64,000 nucleotides of DNA from an uncultured bacterium (lineage in GTDB: Bacteria; Armatimonadota; DTGP01; CAYSAW01). Below, one piece after another: positions 36,608 to 45,638 of the stretch. The position numbers were made by a program, and so were the translations under genes. Position 1 is the stretch's first letter; each line of letters starts with the position of its first letter. The notes under the pieces were generated by a model. The model was not told the origin of the DNA and did not search any database. It was given only the letters and a program-made list of their open reading frames with translations. Location of the stretch: assembly GCA_964429225.1 (NCBI GenBank), contig CAYSAW010000006.1, positions 89,559-153,558 on the forward strand, in the 5' to 3' direction.

Positions 36608-38752
36608 TCACCGAAGAGGGAGTGATAAGAGACTCCCCCGAGTAGTTGCTACTACAATCACGTCGTTATCTCCGAAGCCGGAGACAGAGAGGGAAGTGGC
36701 GGGCGTCCCAAGAGGGATACCCACGTGGTCATCAAAATTAGTAACATTGAGGATGTGCAATTCCCCTTGAGTGTCAGCTACGTAGAGGTACGGAGCCCCT
36801 TGGAGCCGGCTCACCACAATAGGAGACTGCTTTTCGGTGGTTGGTCCTAAAGTCATCGCCCGCACTTTTGTCAGATCGGTTCCGTTAAGAACGTAAGCTT
36901 CTCCTTGAGCGGTAATAGCAACAACCACATCGGGTTCCAGCAGACCCGGTTTCGCTACCACGAAGAGGGAGCCGAGTACTGGGGCACCCAAATTAGCGGA
37001 TTTCCCCAGCTCTTTAGGAGGGGTGATCTGATATTGGTATACCACCCCATCTTTGGCACCGACAAAGACGGTGTTGCCCAGGGAGAAGGGACTGGAGGTT
37101 ACTGCCCCTCCGACGTCGAAGGCAATGTCTACCGTAAGATCGGGCTTCAGACGGAGGATGCTCCCTTTGGTCGGGTCAGCAGAGTTAACAGAGCCGATCC
37201 ATAGGTTGCCCGTGGTTCCATCCGGGTTAGGGTTTGCCGAGGGGCTAGAGATAAAGCCTCCTGCACCTGGTGGGCGGAAGGAGCGAACTTCTTTGCCGTC
37301 CGCATCGCTTAAGGCCCGAATGTTGCCTTGACCATCTGCTACGTAAACAAAGCCGCCGAGCACCGCGGGGGTAGACCCCAGAAGGGTGGTTCCTAAGTTT
37401 GCTGGATTTGGCCAGGCCGATTGGATTTGTTTGCCGTCCGGTGAAAGAGTCCATTTAGAAACCAATCCATTATCGGTAGCGATGTAGATACTCCCTTCTT
37501 TAAACACGGGCCGGCCAGATACCGAGCCTCCGACGTCGGCAACGAAGAGGGGGGCACTTTCATTGGTGAGAGGCAGGGAGTACCCCAAGAGGTTCCCACT
37601 ATCATCTACTACCAAAGCCACTTTTAGTTGATCCGAGAGGGTAGCAACGGTAACCGATCCAGAGACGGAACCCAGCAGAGGAGTTTTAACTTGGGGCGGA
37701 GGAGTTACCCCGGCGATTTGCACGCTGCCTCCCGCCCGGTCTACAACAGTGATACTTCCGTTGAAGACCGTACCTTCGATCGTTTTGTTAGGGTCCTCAG
37801 AGACCATTTGGAATTGGGTTAGATCCACCAAGAGGGGGCTGGTAGCAAAGTTAGGGGCGGTATCCACTGCTTTGAAGAAGAGGTCAAAGAGCTTTCCCGT
37901 TTTCTGAGCACCCGTGGTTGAGGCGTAGGCGATGGTAATCCCCTTCAATCCTTTAGCGTCAGGAGGAGCCTCTGTTTCAAAGTTAGCGTCCCCAATGCCT
38001 CCTGCTATGACGGAGTCAGCAAAGTCCTTTTTGTTTACGATAGGCTGAACGACTTTAGGGTCGTAAAGGATCCGGATTTGTACGCCGGCCACAGCAGTGG
38101 GATTCATTAGGATAAGGCGGATTCGGGCTTCGGGTTGGCCCTTCACAACTACGTGGTTCCCCAGGTTGATAGCGTTTTCCACCTTAGGAGGGGGTGATAC
38201 AGGGGGAGGTGGGGGGGGAGCACCCTTAACCTCCAACACTCCGGGTTCCGTTTTAGCGGTGAATTGAGTAGCCCCATCTTCTGCAAGGAAGGTGACATTA
38301 GATAAGTTTAAGGTATATTTGGCGCCTGGGGGGGCGGATTCGGGAACTTTGACTTTTACTAAAGCAAGTACCCCTCCCCCCGCTTCGGAAACCCCGATAG
38401 TGGTCATCAACACCCGTACTCTTTGGGGGTCGGTGGCGTTAGCGACGGCAAGGGGGGGAGTGCTTCCCCAAACCGCTCCAGGTTTCACCTCACCCTCGTC
38501 GGGACTCTCCGCTTTTTTCACTGCTTCCAGCAGAGGGGCATCCGAAGGGGTTCGCTGAACCCAGTCAATAGTAAAGTCAACTCCGGTGATCTTTCCCACC
38601 TCGGGGCTGATTCTGACCTGGAGATCCACAACAGCCCCGGGATCTGCGGTTAAGGAATCCACAGAAATCGTGCCTTTCACCGCAACTTCTTGTGCCCAAA
38701 GGGAGGGGCCCAGAGCCAATAAGAAAAGAATAAAAACTGTGCGCCCTTTCAT
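36608..38752 (-). CDS. Secreted 714-aa protein with cohesin/Ig-like N-terminal domains, poly-Pro linker and PQQ-like beta-propeller
   Basis: Signal peptide MKGRTVFILFLLALGPSLWAQE. PPPPPVSPPP linker. Repeated beta-propeller-like segments (VYVADGQGNIRAL, IYIATDNGLVSKW, VFVGAKDGVVYQY). Confidence 0.5.
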   Translation of the reverse strand: MKGRTVFILFLLALGPSLWAQEVAVKGTISVDSLTADPGAVVDLQVRISPEVGKITGVDFTIDWVQRTPSDAPLLEAVKKAESPDEGEVKPGAVWGSTPPLAVANATDPQRVRVLMTTIGVSEAGGGVLALVKVKVPESAPPGAKYTLNLSNVTFLAEDGATQFTAKTEPGVLEVKGAPPPPPPVSPPPKVENAINLGNHVVVKGQPEARIRLILMNPTAVAGVQIRILYDPKVVQPIVNKKDFADSVIAGGIGDANFETEAPPDAKGLKGITIAYASTTGAQKTGKLFDLFFKAVDTAPNFATSPLLVDLTQFQMVSEDPNKTIEGTVFNGSITVVDRAGGSVQIAGVTPPPQVKTPLLGSVSGSVTVATLSDQLKVALVVDDSGNLLGYSLPLTNESAPLFVADVGGSVSGRPVFKEGSIYIATDNGLVSKWTLSPDGKQIQSAWPNPANLGTTLLGSTPAVLGGFVYVADGQGNIRALSDADGKEVRSFRPPGAGGFISSPSANPNPDGTTGNLWIGSVNSADPTKGSILRLKPDLTVDIAFDVGGAVTSSPFSLGNTVFVGAKDGVVYQYQITPPKELGKSANLGAPVLGSLFVVAKPGLLEPDVVVAITAQGEAYVLNGTDLTKVRAMTLGPTTEKQSPIVVSRLQGAPYLYVADTQGELHILNVTNFDDHVGIPLGTPATSLSVSGFGDNDVIVVATTRGSLLSLPLR

Positions 38753-38921
38753 ATTCTTCGTACATACCTCCTCAAGCCCGTAGTTAGGTCCTTTCGCTAA
38801 AAGGAGAAAAGAAACACTCCCTCCCAGGGAGGCCGAAAGGAAAAGGGAAAGAAAGAGTGAAACCTTCCTTGGGAGTCCTTCTTCCTTAATTCAATACAAG
38901 CCGGCAGGGGTAAAACCTACA

Positions 38922-38950
38922 TTGACAATACCCTAGGGCCTCTCTATAAT
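38922..38950 (+). promoter_or_regulatory. Consensus sigma70-type promoter (TTGACA-17-TATAAT) for nfeD-stomatin operon
   Basis: TTGACA at 38922-38927, a 17-nt spacer, and TATAAT at 38945-38950. The ATG of nfeD at 38962 would make the mRNA near-leaderless. Confidence 0.6.
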
Positions 38951-38961
38951 AAGCGCAGAGG

Positions 38962-40293
38962 ATGGCTTTGATGGGTCAAGCGAACCGCTGGGAGCGATGG
39001 AGAAGGTTTACTCTTTTGTTATGGGTGCTCAGCTTTTTTATTCTTCCCCCCCTGCTAGCTCAGAAGGGTAAGAACCAAATCCTAGTTTTGGAAGTCAAAG
39101 GCGTTATTGATCCCCCTATCGCTTCTTATGTATTACGGGGCCTTCGGGTGGCTCGAGAGAGGTCTGCGGAGGCTTTAATCCTCTCTTTGGACACCCCCGG
39201 GGGGCTTGATGATGCGATGCGGGATATTATCCAAGGTATTTTAAGTAGCCCCATCCCTGTGGTGGTGTATGTTTCTCCCTCTGGAGCCAGGGCCGCTTCT
39301 GCGGGTGCTCTGATCACCCTATCAGCCCATATCGCAGCAATGGCCCCGGGTACCACTATCGGGGCGGCTCACCCCGTCCGGATTGGAGGAGGTCCTAGCT
39401 CGGACGAGGAGGAGTTACAGAAGAAGATTACCAATGATGCGGCTGCTTATGCCCGAAGCATTGCCCAACAACGGGGCCGAAACGTGGAATGGGCGGAGAA
39501 GGCGGTGCGACAAAGCATCTCATCTACTGAAGAGGAGGCCCTGAAACAGAGGGTGATTGACATCATCGCCAAGGATTTAAAAGACCTGAAAAAATTGCTC
39601 GAAGGTCGTAAAGTGGAGGGGAAAGTACTGCATACCTTGGAGGCAGAGGCGGTTCCCTTTCCGATGACTCCTAAAGAGGTTTTTCTCCATATCCTCTCTA
39701 ACCCTAATATCACGGTTCTCCTGTTGACCCTAGCAATTTACGGATTGATCGGAGAGCTCAGCCATCCTGGAGCTATCTTCCCAGGGGTTGTGGGAGCTAT
39801 GAGTTTGATCTTAGCCCTTTATTCCTTCTCAGTGCTCTCCTTGAACACCGCGGGATTATTGCTGATCCTTCTAGCGGTTCTCTTGTTTATTGTGGACTTG
39901 TTTGTCCCTTCTCATGGCCTTATTTCTTTAGGAGCGGCGGCGATTCTTGGTCTAGGATTCTTTCTGTTATATGAAAACTCCCCTGCTTTCCTGCGGGCTT
40001 CGGTGGCGATGATCATTAGCGTGGTTTTGCTAACCACAGGGTTTTTCCTTTTCGGAGTGAGTGCGGGATTAAGAGCTCGAAGGAGGCCTGTTGCTACAGG
40101 GAGAGAAGGTCTTCTGGGAGAGAGAGGGTTGATCATCGTTGGGGGAGATCGGCCTCAAGCCTTGATCCGAGGAGAGTACTGGCGAGTAAAGAGCGGAGTT
40201 CCTTTGGAGAAGGGGGATATCGTCGTTGTGGAAGGCTTTGATAAGGATAGCCTGGTTTTAAAAGTTCGTAAGGAGGAGAAAAATGTGGGGTGA
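38962..40293 (+). CDS. NfeD-like membrane-bound ClpP-class serine protease (stomatin operon partner)
   Basis: ClpP-fold N-terminal domain (ILVLEVKGVIDPPIASYVLRGL…SLDTPGGLDDAMRDII…SGARAASAGALI). Multiple TM helices. C-terminal OB-fold (GEYWRVKSGVPLEKGDIVVVEG). Confidence 0.85.
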   Translation: MALMGQANRWERWRRFTLLLWVLSFFILPPLLAQKGKNQILVLEVKGVIDPPIASYVLRGLRVARERSAEALILSLDTPGGLDDAMRDIIQGILSSPIPVVVYVSPSGARAASAGALITLSAHIAAMAPGTTIGAAHPVRIGGGPSSDEEELQKKITNDAAAYARSIAQQRGRNVEWAEKAVRQSISSTEEEALKQRVIDIIAKDLKDLKKLLEGRKVEGKVLHTLEAEAVPFPMTPKEVFLHILSNPNITVLLLTLAIYGLIGELSHPGAIFPGVVGAMSLILALYSFSVLSLNTAGLLLILLAVLLFIVDLFVPSHGLISLGAAAILGLGFFLLYENSPAFLRASVAMIISVVLLTTGFFLFGVSAGLRARRRPVATGREGLLGERGLIIVGGDRPQALIRGEYWRVKSGVPLEKGDIVVVEGFDKDSLVLKVRKEEKNVG

Positions 40294-41068
40294 AGGAGCA
40301 AGTGGGTCCGTCATAGGGGTTATCATTGTGGCGGTGGCGATTATCGCCTCAGTTTTAAAGGTAGTCCCTGAGTACGAGCGCTTGGTGGTTTTTCGTTTTG
40401 GGAGGCTAATGCCCGCTCGAGGACCTGGGATTACTTACATTATCCCTCTTGTCGAGCGAGCCATCCGAGTAGACCTGCGGGAAGTTCCACGCGATGTTCC
40501 CCGACAGGATTTAATGACCCGGGATAATGTTCCGGTGAGTGTAGATGCAGTCGTATTTTATCGGGTGATCAACCCTGAATGGGCGGTGGTGAATATCGAG
40601 GATTACCGGAGGGCTACCTCGCTTTATGCTCAAACGACCTTGCGGAGTATTATCGGCCAGGTGGAGTTAGATCAGCTTTTGGCCGAGCGGGAAGAGATCA
40701 ACCGACGCCTTCAGGAAGTGTTGGATGAGCACACTGCTCCTTGGGGGGTGAAGGTGACAAAGGTGGAGGTTCGGGACGTGCTCCTTCCTGAGGGGATGCG
40801 CAGAGCTATGGCTCGACAGGCTGAGGTGGAGAGAGAGCGCCGGGCTAAGGTTATTAACGCTGAGGGGGAATTCCAAGCGGCTGAACGGTTAAGACAAGCG
40901 GCCGATGTCATCTCTGGAAATCCTACCGCCTTACAGCTCCGGTTCCTCCAAACCTTGTCTGAAGTGGCTACTGAGAATAATTCGACCATCGTTTTCCCTG
41001 TTCCCGTTGACTTGGTTCGACCCTTTATGGAGCGATTGAGCCAGAATCAAACTCCTTCACAAGGATAG
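40283..41068 (+). CDS. SPFH/band-7 (stomatin/prohibitin-like) protein
   Basis: VPEYERLVVFRFGRL…PRQDLMTRDNVPVSVDAVVFYRV…AEGEFQAAERL. It overlaps nfeD by 11 nt. Confidence 0.9.
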   Translation: MWGEGASGSVIGVIIVAVAIIASVLKVVPEYERLVVFRFGRLMPARGPGITYIIPLVERAIRVDLREVPRDVPRQDLMTRDNVPVSVDAVVFYRVINPEWAVVNIEDYRRATSLYAQTTLRSIIGQVELDQLLAEREEINRRLQEVLDEHTAPWGVKVTKVEVRDVLLPEGMRRAMARQAEVERERRAKVINAEGEFQAAERLRQAADVISGNPTALQLRFLQTLSEVATENNSTIVFPVPVDLVRPFMERLSQNQTPSQG

Positions 41069-41079
41069 GGAAGACCACA

Positions 41080-41439
41080 ATGTCCTTGCCAGGGTACCTG
41101 GGAGTGATGGCCGTTATGGCTGCACTCTTCTTTGCCTTTGCTGCCACCACCTTCATTGCTCGTTTCACTGGCCCTAAAACTCAGAGGACTACGGTAGGAC
41201 GTTGTCTCTTTTGTGGGAGGAGTCTGGAACCTGGGGCGGTAGCTTGTGATGGGTGTGGCTTGCCCCTTCCTCCCCCCTTTGAACTTCCTCACCGATGGAC
41301 CGCCTTTCACACTTTTGCTGTGATCGCCCTCTGCTTATGGCTGGGGTTCATTGGTTGGACTATTTACAATGAATGGCGCAGTTATCCGATGCGGGCCACA
41401 CCTCAACCTTCTATTCCCTCAACTTACCAGCGTCCCTAA
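41080..41439 (+). CDS. Small membrane protein with zinc-ribbon (CxxC…CxxC)
   Basis: N-terminal TM. CLFCGRSLEPGAVACDGCGLPL. Second TM. It is the third gene of the NfeD-stomatin operon. Confidence 0.4.
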   Translation: MSLPGYLGVMAVMAALFFAFAATTFIARFTGPKTQRTTVGRCLFCGRSLEPGAVACDGCGLPLPPPFELPHRWTAFHTFAVIALCLWLGFIGWTIYNEWRSYPMRATPQPSIPSTYQRP

Positions 41440-41457
41440 GAAGGGAGAAGGAGGGCA

Positions 41458-42471
41458 ATGAAAATTATCAGCCGAGCTCCTGTAAGAATTGACTACGGAG
41501 GAGGAGGAACTGATTGTCCCCCTTACTCTACTGATTTTGGAGGAGCGGTTTTCAACGCTGGGATTTCCCGATATGCTTACGCAGTTTTAGAACCGGGAGA
41601 GAAGGGAGACCCCGTGATTCTTCGGTCCTTGGATTTAAACCTCACCGTTTCGGCCCCGTCGGTGGAGGATCTGGAGCTTAATGGCCAATTAGATTTGATT
41701 AAATCGGCGGTAAAGCGGTTAGATCCGGGCCGGGGGTTTCGCCTTACTACGGAGACCGAAGTCCCACCGGGAAGTGGTTTGGGAGCTTCTGCTTCCCTCA
41801 CCGTTGCGGTCCTCGGCGCTTTAGCTCATTGGCAAGGTTTGTCCCTTTCCCCCTCCCAGATTGCTGAGTTGGCTTTTCAAGTGGAGCGGATAGATTTGGG
41901 ATACCCCGGAGGCAAGCAGGATCAGTATGGTGCGGTCCTCGGGGGCATCAATTACTTGGAGTTTAAGGACCCTGAGGTACGTTGGGAGAAGTTGCCTTTG
42001 GATACCCCTCTGGCTTGGCAGTTGGAGAAGAACTCCCTTCTTGTTCATACTGGCGCGGCTCATTTATCCCAGAATATCCACTGGGAAATCCGAACCTCTT
42101 ACGCCGATCCTCAAAGCGAAACCCGGGATGCGATGCACCAATTGAAACGCATTGCCCAGGAATGCCGGGAGGCTTATTGGAAGGGAGACCTCCATCATTT
42201 TGTGTACGCAATGAATGAGAATTGGGTTCATCATAAGCGACTCCATCCTTCTTGTACTAACCCCGATTTTGACCGGTTCTTTGAGGTAGGTTTATCTGCC
42301 GGCGCAACGGGGGCCGAAGCTTGTGGGGCAGGAGGGGGAGGCTGTATCATCTTCTACTGCCCGGGTGAGACCAAATGCTTGGTTCGAAAGGCTTTGGAAG
42401 CGATAGGGGGCGTGATCCTTGACTTCGTCTTTGACCGGGTGGGCCTGAGGGTATGGGAGATAAAGGAGTGA
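41458..42471 (+). CDS. GHMP-family sugar kinase (HddA/fucokinase-like)
   Basis: MKIISRAPVRIDYGGGGTDCPPY N-terminus. GHMP motif PPGSGLGASASLTVAVLGAL. Confidence 0.8.
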   Translation: MKIISRAPVRIDYGGGGTDCPPYSTDFGGAVFNAGISRYAYAVLEPGEKGDPVILRSLDLNLTVSAPSVEDLELNGQLDLIKSAVKRLDPGRGFRLTTETEVPPGSGLGASASLTVAVLGALAHWQGLSLSPSQIAELAFQVERIDLGYPGGKQDQYGAVLGGINYLEFKDPEVRWEKLPLDTPLAWQLEKNSLLVHTGAAHLSQNIHWEIRTSYADPQSETRDAMHQLKRIAQECREAYWKGDLHHFVYAMNENWVHHKRLHPSCTNPDFDRFFEVGLSAGATGAEACGAGGGGCIIFYCPGETKCLVRKALEAIGGVILDFVFDRVGLRVWEIKE

Positions 42472-42508
42472 AAGACGTTAGAATATTAGGACGAAGTGCC
42501 CACAGTTT

Positions 42509-43465
42509 TTATCCCCCTCTGCTGATCAAACCCTCCGCGTAAATCCAGACCTCTTCTTTCTTCGCCCAAGCAAGAGCGACATATTTATCCCCCGCACCGT
42601 AGTACATCAGATACTTATCTCCCCATTCCACTAGGCCGGTGGGAAAGACCACATAGATCTCGGTGTTCCCTGAAAGAAAGGGGGCTTCGTAATCCTCTGT
42701 AGGCTCCATAAGAGGGTCAGGAGATCGGCCAAGAACGCGACGAGGGTCGTCTCGATCCAAAACCGCCAATCCCACTCGGTAGGTCCTTCGGTTTTTAGCC
42801 ATCTCCGTTCCGTGATAGAAGAGGAGCCAACCTACTGGGCTGAGGACCGGAGGGGGGCCTGCACCCACGCGATCGGAATCCCATTTTCCCTCCCGAGGGC
42901 GAAGCAGGGGACGATGGAAATACCAGTGGAGGAGGTTTTTTGAGGCGGTTATCCAGATGTCTGGGTAAGGACGGTGCAAGAGGTAGTACTGCCCTCTGAT
43001 TTTCCGAGGGAAAAGCACCGCATTTTTGCTATCTCTGTGGCGGAGGAGGCGTTGAAAGGGGCTGAAATGTTGAAAATCGGTGGTCCAGGAAAGACCCGGC
43101 CGGACTCTCCAGGGAGTGCCGGCATCCCAAGGTGTTGGAAGACGGCGAGGATAGAGGGAAGCCATAGTGAAAGTCACATAGACTCGATCCTCTAAAACGA
43201 CTGCCCGAGGGTCCTCTATACCTATCTTTTGGTAGGGGTCTTGGGGATCAGGTTCTAAGACGGGTTGCGGAGAACGATAGCTGAAATGAAGACCGTCTGA
43301 GGATCGGGCTAATCCCAAGCAGGATATTCCTTGAGAGTTGATGGCTCGATAGAGGAGGTAAACCTGCTCTTGCCAGAGGACTGCGGCAGGATTGCAAACC
43401 GCTGAACACTCCCATTCGTTAGAGGTTGGAGCCAGGATGGGGTTTTGTGGACAGCGATGCCACAT
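42509..43465 (-). CDS. Glycoside hydrolase family 130-like (beta-mannoside phosphorylase/hydrolase)
   Basis: N-terminus CPQNPILAPTSNEWECSAVCNPAAV…VYLLYRA matches the GH130 five-bladed propeller family. Length is 318 aa. Confidence 0.7.
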   Translation of the reverse strand: MWHRCPQNPILAPTSNEWECSAVCNPAAVLWQEQVYLLYRAINSQGISCLGLARSSDGLHFSYRSPQPVLEPDPQDPYQKIGIEDPRAVVLEDRVYVTFTMASLYPRRLPTPWDAGTPWRVRPGLSWTTDFQHFSPFQRLLRHRDSKNAVLFPRKIRGQYYLLHRPYPDIWITASKNLLHWYFHRPLLRPREGKWDSDRVGAGPPPVLSPVGWLLFYHGTEMAKNRRTYRVGLAVLDRDDPRRVLGRSPDPLMEPTEDYEAPFLSGNTEIYVVFPTGLVEWGDKYLMYYGAGDKYVALAWAKKEEVWIYAEGLISRGG

Positions 43466-44307
43466 CAGGACTTTTTGAGTACCTCATTCAAACTACCCGA
43501 TCGAAAGCCTTGGAGATCAAGGGTTACAAAGGTGTATCCAAGTTCTTTGAAGCGCGCTACAATTTGATCGGGAATATCCCCTTCAATAAGGCGTGGGAAC
43601 TCCTCTTTAGGGATTTCTATCCGGGCGATGTGTTCATGGTGGCGGACCCGGAGCTGGCGGAAGCCTAAGTTTTTTAGAAAGCGCTCAGCTTCTAAAACCT
43701 GCTGAAGTTTTTGGGGGGTAATAGGGGTACCGTAGGGGAATCGAGAGGATAAGCAAGCGGAAGCAGGTTTATCCCACGTAGGGAGACCCATCCTTCGGGA
43801 GAGTTCTCGAATTTCCACTTTAGTTAAGCCGGCTTCTAGGAGAGGTGCTCGAACATTAAACTCTTTTGCAGCTTGCTGGCCGGGTCGCCAATCCCCTTGG
43901 TCATCTACGTTGGCTCCATAAGCCAGCCATTGGACTCCTAATTGAGGGGTTATTTCAGACATTTTGGTGAAGAGCTCCCTCTTGCAATAGTAACAGCGAT
44001 TTGCTGGGTTGTTGGCATAATTCGGGTTGGATAGTTCTTCTGTACGGATGAAGTAACACTGTACCCCCAACCAGTCTGCAAAGCCTTTAGCTTCCTCGGC
44101 TTCTTCAGGAGGATAGCTTTCTGAGAGAGCAACAATAGCAATACAGCGATCTCCAAGAACATCATGGGCTACTTTGAGGAGAAAAGCGCTGTCAGTGCCT
44201 CCTGAAAAAGCCACCGCGACGCTTTCCATCTCCTTGAGGATTGCTTTAAGGTGCTCCAGTTTTTCCTCCAACTGTTTTGGATGCGCCAGAGTGATCGTGT
44301 TCATCAT
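43465..44307 (-). CDS. LarE-like ATP-dependent PP-loop sulfur transferase (TIGR00268 family)
   Basis: PP-loop VAFSGGTDSAFLL. Conserved C-terminal segment CLSSRFPYGTPIT with the LarE-type Cys context. Confidence 0.75.
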   Translation of the reverse strand: MMNTITLAHPKQLEEKLEHLKAILKEMESVAVAFSGGTDSAFLLKVAHDVLGDRCIAIVALSESYPPEEAEEAKGFADWLGVQCYFIRTEELSNPNYANNPANRCYYCKRELFTKMSEITPQLGVQWLAYGANVDDQGDWRPGQQAAKEFNVRAPLLEAGLTKVEIRELSRRMGLPTWDKPASACLSSRFPYGTPITPQKLQQVLEAERFLKNLGFRQLRVRHHEHIARIEIPKEEFPRLIEGDIPDQIVARFKELGYTFVTLDLQGFRSGSLNEVLKKS

Positions 44308-44648
44308 GATTCACCTTAGGAGGGTTTCTGCTCCATTACGGTTATTTAAGGGCGCCCACACTCCCTACTCCTGATGACTTATCCCCTCTCTAACCCTAAC
44401 TTCCTGGGGAAGGGCCTTTTCGGGAGGGTGAGGGGCCTTCCTCCCTTTTGGGGCTTGCCGGGGGATTCGCCCTCCCAGGTTAAGCTTTACGCAGGCTTTA
44501 GCCTGCGACTACCTACCAAACTTAACGCAGGCTGGAACCCACAGTTCCCTCCTCCTTTAGTGTTAGAGATTTTCTTCCCCTAATATTAAGTTAGACCTCT
44601 TTTAAGGAGAATCCTCACCTCGGGATCCTAACTTAGGGGTTTGGGCTC

Positions 44649-45518
44649 CTATTCAAGAGGCCAGAACCCTTGGAAGACTTCCTGGGCATCGCCGGTGAGG
44701 GAGATCGGTCCTTTGCCCTCCCAGCGAACTTTGAGGATACCTCCCCGGCTTTCAATGATTTGCTCCGGGGAGGAACTCCCGGTAAGGATGGCAGACACAG
44801 CGATCGCGCAAGCTCCGGTACCGCAGGCCAGCGTTTCTCCTACTCCGCGTTCCCAAATCCGTGTCTGCCAGTGGCCTTCTTTAGGCCAGACCCACAAGAC
44901 GCTGGTCCTCGCAGGAAAGAAGGGGTGGTTTTCAATCTGAGGGCTAATTTCTAAGAATTCTTCTTCGGGGATTGGGTCAGGGCGGAAAAGAACTGTATGG
45001 GTAGTTCCTACAGAAAGCACCGCGGACGGATAGCACTTCCCGTTCACCAACAGCCGAATCCTTCGGAGAGAATTCTCAGAGGGGAGCAGGAAAGGAGAGG
45101 TGAGGGCCTCCTTTTTCAAGGGGATTCGGGAAGGTTCAAACTCGGGGGGAGGAAGAAGGGTCTGAATCTGAGCGGGAGGTCCGGGGTCTATCACTCGACC
45201 TTCAGCTATTCCTGAACGGGTTTCCACAGTGAACTCCCTCTGGCAAAACCCTTGTTGCTTAGCGTAGTAGAGGATAGCACACCGTAGGCCATTTCCACAA
45301 GTATCTTCAGTGCCATCGGGGTTCCACATCCTTAAGCGAAAATCTCCTTTAGAGGAAGGGCTTACCACTAACAGACCATCCGCTCCTACTCTCCAGCGGT
45401 GCTGACAGAGAATCTGCGCCCATTGGGACCAATCTTTTTCCTCTTCTCGGGTTTGGTCCACTAGAATGAAATCATTTCCTGTGGCGGTAAGCTTGGTAAA
45501 AGTTAGCGTTTTCGCCAT
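44649..45518 (-). CDS. dapF: Diaminopimelate epimerase
   Basis: N-terminus FTKLTATGNDFILVDQ. Catalytic Cys contexts TCGNGLRCAI and CGTGACA. Confidence 0.9.
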   Translation of the reverse strand: MAKTLTFTKLTATGNDFILVDQTREEEKDWSQWAQILCQHRWRVGADGLLVVSPSSKGDFRLRMWNPDGTEDTCGNGLRCAILYYAKQQGFCQREFTVETRSGIAEGRVIDPGPPAQIQTLLPPPEFEPSRIPLKKEALTSPFLLPSENSLRRIRLLVNGKCYPSAVLSVGTTHTVLFRPDPIPEEEFLEISPQIENHPFFPARTSVLWVWPKEGHWQTRIWERGVGETLACGTGACAIAVSAILTGSSSPEQIIESRGGILKVRWEGKGPISLTGDAQEVFQGFWPLE

Positions 45519-45638
45519 AGATTTGTTTCTTCAATCGAGGGAGGCACAATCCTTAGAGAGCAGTTTCAAAGGCCCTTGAAATCGATTTAACCTCCTTAAT
45601 TCCCTCTTCCCACGGGGAGGAGAGTTTTGAAAGAGGTT

